Source: a bacterium (lineage in GTDB: Bacteria; Patescibacteriota; Patescibacteriia; UBA9934). Taken from it: a stretch of 64,000 nt of DNA. Below the pieces are notes generated by a model. That model was not told the origin of the DNA, searched no databases, and saw only the letters and a list, made by a program, of their open reading frames with translations. The translations under genes were made by a program, and so were the position numbers. Shown here in pieces: positions 57,885-64,000 of this stretch. The number at the start of each line of letters is the position of its first letter. Position 1 is the first letter of the stretch. The stretch spans positions 202 to 64,201 of the forward strand of contig JAQCKO010000005.1 in the NCBI GenBank assembly GCA_027592325.1, read 5' to 3'.

Positions 57885-58106
57885 CGACAGGAACGCAAGA
57901 TCACCTCCTGCCTGCACAGCACGGCTGATGAAATAAAACGCCAAAAAGAAGATCCCAACACCCATGGTAATGCATCCAATCATTACGACTCCCTGTGCGC
58001 CGCCGTCGTCTTTCACAAATCCAATAACAATATACCCAGCAAAACCGAGTAATATCGCAAGTGGCACTGAAACGAGAACGATTCCAATAAGCAAAAATGC
58101 AATCAT
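57879..58106 (-). CDS. small two-TM hypothetical protein
   Basis: Two hydrophobic helices; T-ATG start. Confidence 0.6.
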   Translation of the reverse strand: MIAFLLIGIVLVSVPLAILLGFAGYIVIGFVKDDGGAQGVVMIGCITMGVGIFFLAFYFISRAVQAGGDLAFLSL

Positions 58107-58113
58107 ATGCCTG

Positions 58114-58148
58114 TAGGGTATAGGTTTTAGGGATTAGGGTCTAGGGCT
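58114..58148. repeat. tandem heptamers (TAGGGnn)x5
   Basis: TAGGGTA TAGGTTT TAGGGAT TAGGGTC TAGGGCT. Confidence 0.75.
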
Positions 58149-58177
58149 AAACTTATTTTCAATGTTATACTCCGGTA

Positions 58178-59953
58178 ATGCAAAAACCGGAGGACATCAC
58201 TATCAAACAAATTTGGCGCATGATTGCGCCGTCTATCAAGAAGGAATGGAAATATATTCCCTTGTTTTTTGTCTTTGCGGCACTCATGACAGCGATTTCT
58301 GTTTCAGAACCGTATATTTATGGACGCATCATCGATATTGTTGTTAGTGGCGCCGGAACAGGATCACTCGCAGAAGTGCTCAATCGCGTTTTTCCATTCC
58401 TTGCAGCTTGGGGAGGTGTTCTTATTGGTGAACTCATTACAAGTGCCGTATTTGTGTATACCGTCTGGCTTTTTGGGAATATTTGGCAAGGCGATTTACT
58501 CAATCGCCTGTATCAACATATCCTCCGCCTCGATCTTAGCGCATTTGAGAAACAAAAAAGTGGTGAGGTTTCGCAGCGCTATTTAAGTGCATGGCATGCC
58601 TTTTGGATGACGGCCAGTTTTATTACCAAAGATGCTCTTGAAGCGACCTTCCGGTTTATTTTCGGTGTTGCACTTGGACTCTTTCTTAGCCCTACCCTCA
58701 CCCTCGTGACAGTAGCGACCCTGCCATTCGTTCTTTTTGTTGCCTATTTCAACTATCGCATTTCAAAAGAAGATCAGGATGTTTACAATACGTATTGGGA
58801 AAAATCGAGCGGCTATATAACCGACACCTTTGCCAATATCAAAACGGTGAAAAGCTATTCAGCCGAGAATCGAAGCGCGAAGTTGCAACTCCAGAATTAT
58901 TTGGAAGCTGTTAAACATCAATTACGCGCCAATAAAAAATGGGCCATCGCAGATGGTCTCATTGGAATGGTCTATACAACCGGCCGCCTGGCGATTTTCA
59001 TCGTCGGTATTATCCTTGTCACAAATGGATCAACGACGGTGGGAACTATTGTCGCATTCATAGGAATAACGAATTTCATTTATGGTGCGCTTGAGCGGGT
59101 AACCGGAGGTCTCATTGAAATAACCGATCGTTTAAGTAAAATTCGAAAAATTACCCAACTGTATTACACGCAAGGTGCAATCCAAGAAATTGATGATCCG
59201 ATTGCGCCAAAAACGCTTTCCGGGGCGATTGAGCTTCAGGATGTTTCATTTCGATATACAAAGAATAAGACGATTCTCGATAATGTGAGTCTAACCATAG
59301 AACCTGGATCCACGATTGCGATTGTTGGGGAAAGTGGTGCTGGGAAATCGACTCTCGTGAAGCTCCTTATGCGCTTTTACGACGTAAGCGAAGGTGCTAT
59401 TTTGATGGATGGTCACGATATTCGTGAGATGAGTCTTGCTTCGCTGCGTGGAAATATTGGGTTTGTAATGCAAGAACATATTCTTTTCCATGATTCGATT
59501 GAGGCGAATATTCGGTATGCGAAACCTGGCGCGAAGAAAAAAGAGATTATTGCTGCGGCGAAGCGTGCACAGGCGCATGACTTCATCGAAAACCTTGAAA
59601 AAGGCTATAAAACTATTGTCGGTGACAGGGGCATTCGACTCTCAGGCGGAGAAAAGCAGCGCATTGCCCTCGCGCGTGTATTCCTCGAGGACCCACCGAT
59701 TTTGATCCTCGACGAAGCGACAAGTGCCCTCGACAGTAAAACAGAATATGAGCTGCAAATGGCGCTTGAAGAGGTGATGAAAGACCGTACCAGTATTGTG
59801 ATTGCGCATCGCCTCTCAACCGTCATGCAGGCTGATGTGATTATTGTCATGGATGAAGGAAAGATTGTCGACAACGGAACGCATACCGAACTTATTAAAA
59901 AGAGTGGCCCATATAAAGAGTTTTGGCAAATACAGGCTGGCGGATACGTTTAG
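58178..59953 (+). CDS. ABC exporter, fused permease/ATPase (MsbA/MdlB-like)
   Basis: Multi-TM N-terminal half plus GESGAGKS, LSGGEKQR, LDEATSALD, AHRLST. Confidence 0.94.
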   Translation: MQKPEDITIKQIWRMIAPSIKKEWKYIPLFFVFAALMTAISVSEPYIYGRIIDIVVSGAGTGSLAEVLNRVFPFLAAWGGVLIGELITSAVFVYTVWLFGNIWQGDLLNRLYQHILRLDLSAFEKQKSGEVSQRYLSAWHAFWMTASFITKDALEATFRFIFGVALGLFLSPTLTLVTVATLPFVLFVAYFNYRISKEDQDVYNTYWEKSSGYITDTFANIKTVKSYSAENRSAKLQLQNYLEAVKHQLRANKKWAIADGLIGMVYTTGRLAIFIVGIILVTNGSTTVGTIVAFIGITNFIYGALERVTGGLIEITDRLSKIRKITQLYYTQGAIQEIDDPIAPKTLSGAIELQDVSFRYTKNKTILDNVSLTIEPGSTIAIVGESGAGKSTLVKLLMRFYDVSEGAILMDGHDIREMSLASLRGNIGFVMQEHILFHDSIEANIRYAKPGAKKKEIIAAAKRAQAHDFIENLEKGYKTIVGDRGIRLSGGEKQRIALARVFLEDPPILILDEATSALDSKTEYELQMALEEVMKDRTSIVIAHRLSTVMQADVIIVMDEGKIVDNGTHTELIKKSGPYKEFWQIQAGGYV

Positions 59954-59971
59954 AAAATACGATCGTTATTC

Positions 59972-60071
59972 GTCATCCCTGCGAAGGCAGGGATCCATCC
60001 CGCCCTTCGCGAAGAGCGGGATCCAGCGTATGCAAGATAATTTGATAGATTCCCGCCTTCGCGGGAATGAC
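59972..60071. repeat. REP-like GTCAT...GAATGAC palindrome cluster
   Basis: GTCATCCCTGCGAAGGCAGGGATCCA ... GATTCCCGCCTTCGCGGGAATGAC. Confidence 0.78.
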
Positions 60072-60118
60072 GCATTCGCGTCTATAAGAAAAACACCCAC
60101 GAATCGTGAGTGTTTTTC

Positions 60119-60194
<76 letters not shown>

Positions 60195-60198
60195 GCCC

Positions 60199-60275
60199 TG
60201 GTGCAGCGTGAGGGATTCGAACCCCCGACCTTCTGGTCCGAAGCCAGACGCTCTATCCAGCTAAGCTAACGCTGC
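60199..60275 (-). tRNA. tRNA-Arg (TCG)
   Basis: Cloverleaf, loop CT-TCG-GA, CCA. Confidence 0.95.
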
Positions 60276-60331
60276 GGATATTTAGGTGCCGAGATCATAC
60301 GTGTTTTTGAAAGAAAGGTCAAGACAATTGT

Positions 60332-60589
60332 CTACTTCTTCCACCGCTTCAGGCGAGGAATCCCGCGGGTGAGAAGCCATGCCATCCATTTGCTCATACC
60401 CTGTTCTTGCATTTTCTCAATACAAAACACTTGCATCTCTTTTGCATTTTTTAAATCATTCTTCAGGAATTCACCATTCCGATAACAAAGCGAGCAATAC
60501 GTCTCACTTTTTGACCCGTCTTTTTCACTGCCACCATGCCCAGGGTCTTGTTTCATGGGCATACCGCAGCTTTGACAGAAATGTTGCAT
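60332..60589 (-). CDS. zinc ribbon domain protein
   Basis: CQSCGMPM...YCSLCY...IPRLKRW. Confidence 0.9.
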   Translation of the reverse strand: MQHFCQSCGMPMKQDPGHGGSEKDGSKSETYCSLCYRNGEFLKNDLKNAKEMQVFCIEKMQEQGMSKWMAWLLTRGIPRLKRWKK

Positions 60590-60590
60590 A

Positions 60591-61283
60591 TTACCACCCA
60601 AGCTCTTCAAGAGCAGCCGCCGCGGCATTCAGCTGCGCCTCTTGCTTGCTCGTGCCTTTCCCTTCTGCAACCAAATTCTTCTCAAGGAACGCTCCGATTG
60701 TGAACGTTTTTTGATGATCAGGACCAACTTCATCGAGTACTTTGTACGCAGGTGTCACGGAGCGTCGTGACTGCGCTTCTTCTTGAAAACGACTTTTTGG
60801 ATCGATATATAGCTTTTTGTCGAGAATTTCTTGAAGGCCGCTGAGAATATGCGCATCAATAAATTTCTTCGCCTCATCCCATCCAAAATCAAGATACAGC
60901 GAACCAATAACGGATTCCATCGTATTTGCAAGAATATAGCGCCGCGCCTTCGAATCTGTATCTTGCGCTTCCCCACGGGAGAGGTACAAGTAATCTTCTA
61001 TCTGTAATTCCCGTGCAACTTTTGCCAAATTTTGCCCATTCACAAGCGCTGCACGCCAGTTTGTGAGCTCGCCTTCTGGATTCTCGTAATGCTCGAATAA
61101 GTGCTCCGTGACCACAAGTTCTAGTACTGCATCGCCTAAAAATTCAAGACGCTCGTTATGTCCTAACTCAAAACTTGGGTGCTCATTCAAGTACGAACGA
61201 TGCACAAAAGCTTGCTTCAAGAGACCTCCCTCTTTATATGCAACCCCCAATTTTTCCGCTGCCTCTAGAAAGTTCTTTTCCAT
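60591..61283 (-). CDS. rnc: ribonuclease III
   Basis: HNERLEFLGDAVL plus dsRBD. Confidence 0.98.
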   Translation of the reverse strand: MEKNFLEAAEKLGVAYKEGGLLKQAFVHRSYLNEHPSFELGHNERLEFLGDAVLELVVTEHLFEHYENPEGELTNWRAALVNGQNLAKVARELQIEDYLYLSRGEAQDTDSKARRYILANTMESVIGSLYLDFGWDEAKKFIDAHILSGLQEILDKKLYIDPKSRFQEEAQSRRSVTPAYKVLDEVGPDHQKTFTIGAFLEKNLVAEGKGTSKQEAQLNAAAAALEELGW

Positions 61284-61325
61284 ATGTACTAGAAATTAAC
61301 TGTTAACAGTTTACAAGTAACCGAG

Positions 61326-61874
61326 CTACTCCTTTGTCTGTTTTTCTTGCAAATCGTCCGTTCCGCGCTCCTGCACTTCAGCGACAACATCCTTAGACTG
61401 CGACGCTTCACTTGCAAGGTTTTTCTCATTTTGTGTGTCGATCTGCTTTCGCTCACCTTTGTTCACCATATCTTTGTATACGGCACCGAGGACGCCATTG
61501 ACGAATTTTCCAGATGCATCTCCTCCGAAAGCCTTCCCAAGTTCTATGGCTTCGTTGATTGCGACCTTCGCAGGAATCGCTTCATCGAATTTGAGTTCAA
61601 ACACGCCAAGACGCAGAATATTTCTATCCGTTATTGCCATTTCAGCGACTGGCCATTCAGGTGCAAAGTGCGCAAGAATTTCATCAATATCATCCTGACG
61701 TTCTGCAACAGCATTCACTTGTCGTTCAACGTAGCCGCCTTCATCGAAATCTTTTGCGAATTCTTCTTTAATATATTCGATGATCGTTGGAAGTCGCTCA
61801 TCATCAAAACCGCGAAAGTCCCACTCAAAGAGGGCTTGCATGGCCATGGTACGAGCTAGGTGCCGGTTAGACAT
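61326..61874 (-). CDS. nusB: transcription antitermination factor NusB
   Basis: [26 protein letters not shown]. Confidence 0.97.
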   Translation of the reverse strand: MSNRHLARTMAMQALFEWDFRGFDDERLPTIIEYIKEEFAKDFDEGGYVERQVNAVAERQDDIDEILAHFAPEWPVAEMAITDRNILRLGVFELKFDEAIPAKVAINEAIELGKAFGGDASGKFVNGVLGAVYKDMVNKGERKQIDTQNEKNLASEASQSKDVVAEVQERGTDDLQEKQTKE

Positions 61875-61952
61875 ACGTTTCGTTAATGTACGATGAGATT
61901 ATAACAAAAGGCTCGGCTATGCGCTATTGTAGCTAAATCGAAAAACCGAGGA

Positions 61953-62201
61953 TTACTCCTCGGTCTTCTCAGAGCCATTCGAAGGCTTCTTTGCGTTCTT
62001 CTTTGGTGCCGGCTTCTTTGTCTTTGTCTCAGTCTTCTTTACTTCCGCCGCTGCAGGCACTCCTGTGGTTGCGTTGTGGTGATGAGGAAGACGTGGCTCA
62101 CCGGTTACTTTGTCGATGACAATATGCGTCGGCTTCAGCTTATGATGCTGCCTGCGACGACGTACTTTTGCCTTCGAATTACGAAATGCTGGTACTGACA
62201 T
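61953..62201 (-). CDS. rpmF: 50S ribosomal protein L32 (cysteine-free, Lys-rich tail)
   Basis: MSVPAFRNSKAKVRRRRQH...PHH; upstream of nusB-rnc. Confidence 0.88.
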   Translation of the reverse strand: MSVPAFRNSKAKVRRRRQHHKLKPTHIVIDKVTGEPRLPHHHNATTGVPAAAEVKKTETKTKKPAPKKNAKKPSNGSEKTEE

Positions 62202-62468
62202 AGATGGACGCAATAGTACAGAAATGGGTGGATTTTGTCAAGAAAGAGTCATGCCTCTTGCGGCATTGCTCTATTCTGATCTGTTATGCTCACTCACTAT
62301 TGGGAATAGTACACTTCACTTTTTTGTGTCACATTGACGAATGCTATAGCAATCTTCGTGTCCCAGTGTCATGATTCTATTGGAGAAAATGAAATATGGT
62401 TACGAGATTTAAGCAAAAACGAGCCATAACGGCTCGTTTTTGCTTGTCACCTGAACGTGGCTACTCGC

Positions 62469-64000
62469 CTATTTCTTCTTCACCGCCTTCATCGCTGGCT
62501 TTTCTTCCTGGACTTCTTTCTCAACCTCCTTTTCAACAATTTCTACTTCCTTTGCTGCGTCCCCAAGGACCGTTACCGTTGTCACCTTATCGCCTGCTTT
62601 TTTGAAGCGCATGACGCGTACTCCTTGCGTGGTACGCCCAAGCTTTGAAACCGATTTAATTGCAATGCGAATGACCTGACCCGCCTCTGAAATCACCAAT
62701 AAATCACGTTCAGAATCACTGCTCACCACGCGTGCAGAAACAAATGGACCTGTTTTTGCGGTCAATTTTGCCGTACGAATTCCCATTCCTCCACGCTTTT
62801 GAGCCTTATATTCCTTTAACTGGGTACGCTTTCCGTATCCATTTGCTGACACAACAAGTAGCATTTTCTCTTTTTCTTCTAAGAGAATACTCATACCGAC
62901 AACTTGATCATCTCCTTTCAGCTTAATTCCACGCACACCAGACGCCGTGCGTCCCATCGCGCGAATATCGCTTTCAGGAAAACGAATTGCCATGGCATTC
63001 GCCGTTACCAGCATGACATCGCTTTTTCCATCGCTTGCCTTCACCCACTCTAAACTATCTCCATTATTGAGTTTAATCGCAATAAGCCCAGAACGACGCA
63101 CGTTCGCAAAATCTTCCAATTTTGTTTTTTTAATCGTTCCTGCGGTTGTCACCATGACAATGTATTTTGCCCCTTCTAAATCGCGTGAACGCATCATGGC
63201 CGTAACCTTTTCTCCTGCAGAAAGCTGAAGAAAATTCACAATAGCTTGTCCTTTTGCAGTACGCGATGCTTCTGGAAGCTCGTAGACTTTTAGCTGAAAC
63301 ACACGCCCTCGAGATGTGAAGAACATCAAATCTTGATGCGTTGTCGCTGTAAAGACAGATTCAACAATGTCTTCTTCCTTCGCCTTTAAGCCCGTGACAC
63401 CCTTCCCGCCTCGGCCTTGTTTTTTAAAAGTGTCTGGAGAAATGCGCTTAATATATCCGTCCTTCGTCATCATGACGACCGTAGATTCATCAGGAATAAT
63501 GTCCTCTACTCGGAACTCCTTTATGCCTGTTTTTGTCACCTTCGTCCGACGAGGTTCGGCATATTTATCGCGAAGCTCGACAACTTCTGTGCGAATCACC
63601 GAAAGCATTCTCTCCTCTGACTTCAAAATAGCTTCAAGCTCAGCAATGAGCTTCATTTTTTCTTCATATTCTTGCTCAATACGCAGACGTTCAAGATTGG
63701 CAAGATTCTGCAAACGCATTTCAAGAATGGCAATCGCCTGGCGATCAGTCATCTTGAATTTCTTCATGAGGTTCACCTTCGCCTCATCTTTATCTTTTGA
63801 TTTTTTAATCGTCTCAATGACTGCATCAATATTTTCAAGAGCGATTTTCAGCCCTTCAAGAATATGCGCGCGGTCACGTGCTTTTTCAAGATCAAATTCT
63901 GTCCGGCGTCGAACAACTTCTTTTCGATGCTTAATATACTCCTCCAAAATTGTCTTCAGCCCAAGCACACGCGGCTGAATCCCATCGATGAGAGCAACCA
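62469..64000 (-). CDS. gyrA: DNA gyrase subunit A, 3' part (5' end outside window)
   Basis: RAHILEGL, QAIAILEMRL, GyrA-box QGRGGKG, beta-pinwheel repeats. Confidence 0.97.
   Translation of the reverse strand, partial: VALIDGIQPRVLGLKTILEEYIKHRKEVVRRRTEFDLEKARDRAHILEGLKIALENIDAVIETIKKSKDKDEAKVNLMKKFKMTDRQAIAILEMRLQNLANLERLRIEQEYEEKMKLIAELEAILKSEERMLSVIRTEVVELRDKYAEPRRTKVTKTGIKEFRVEDIIPDESTVVMMTKDGYIKRISPDTFKKQGRGGKGVTGLKAKEEDIVESVFTATTHQDLMFFTSRGRVFQLKVYELPEASRTAKGQAIVNFLQLSAGEKVTAMMRSRDLEGAKYIVMVTTAGTIKKTKLEDFANVRRSGLIAIKLNNGDSLEWVKASDGKSDVMLVTANAMAIRFPESDIRAMGRTASGVRGIKLKGDDQVVGMSILLEEKEKMLLVVSANGYGKRTQLKEYKAQKRGGMGIRTAKLTAKTGPFVSARVVSSDSERDLLVISEAGQVIRIAIKSVSKLGRTTQGVRVMRFKKAGDKVTTVTVLGDAAKEVEIVEKEVEKEVQEEKPAMKAVKKK

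Overview
Core-genome window of a reduced, genetic-code-11 bacterium. Most traits point to Patescibacteria/CPR: no rpmD between rpsE and rplO, short AspRS and ProRS, split ComEC, core genes mostly lacking Shine-Dalgarno sites, and a domain-inserted LeuRS. This taxonomy is inferred. The window holds the str/S10/spc ribosomal protein clusters, five tRNAs, scpAB, aspS, recO, ruvX, map, adk, murA, ndk, comEC, ugd, leuS, gdh, trxAB, infB, truB, rny, hup, proS, a ZnuABC-type transporter, rnc, nusB, rpmF and the 3' part of gyrA. No CRISPR array, rRNA, transposase or prophage was seen. Most notable: (1) a ~280-nt highly structured candidate ncRNA with its own terminator at 9829-10116; (2) a divergent Ham1/ITPase-like domain inserted in LeuRS; (3) a family of ~110-nt palindromic elements that mostly abut stop codons of housekeeping genes; (4) autonomous promoter-SD-ORF-terminator orphan cassettes, including a stand-alone RNAP alpha-CTD protein and a TIR-like protein between fusA and tuf; (5) small ORFs missed by the ORF track.
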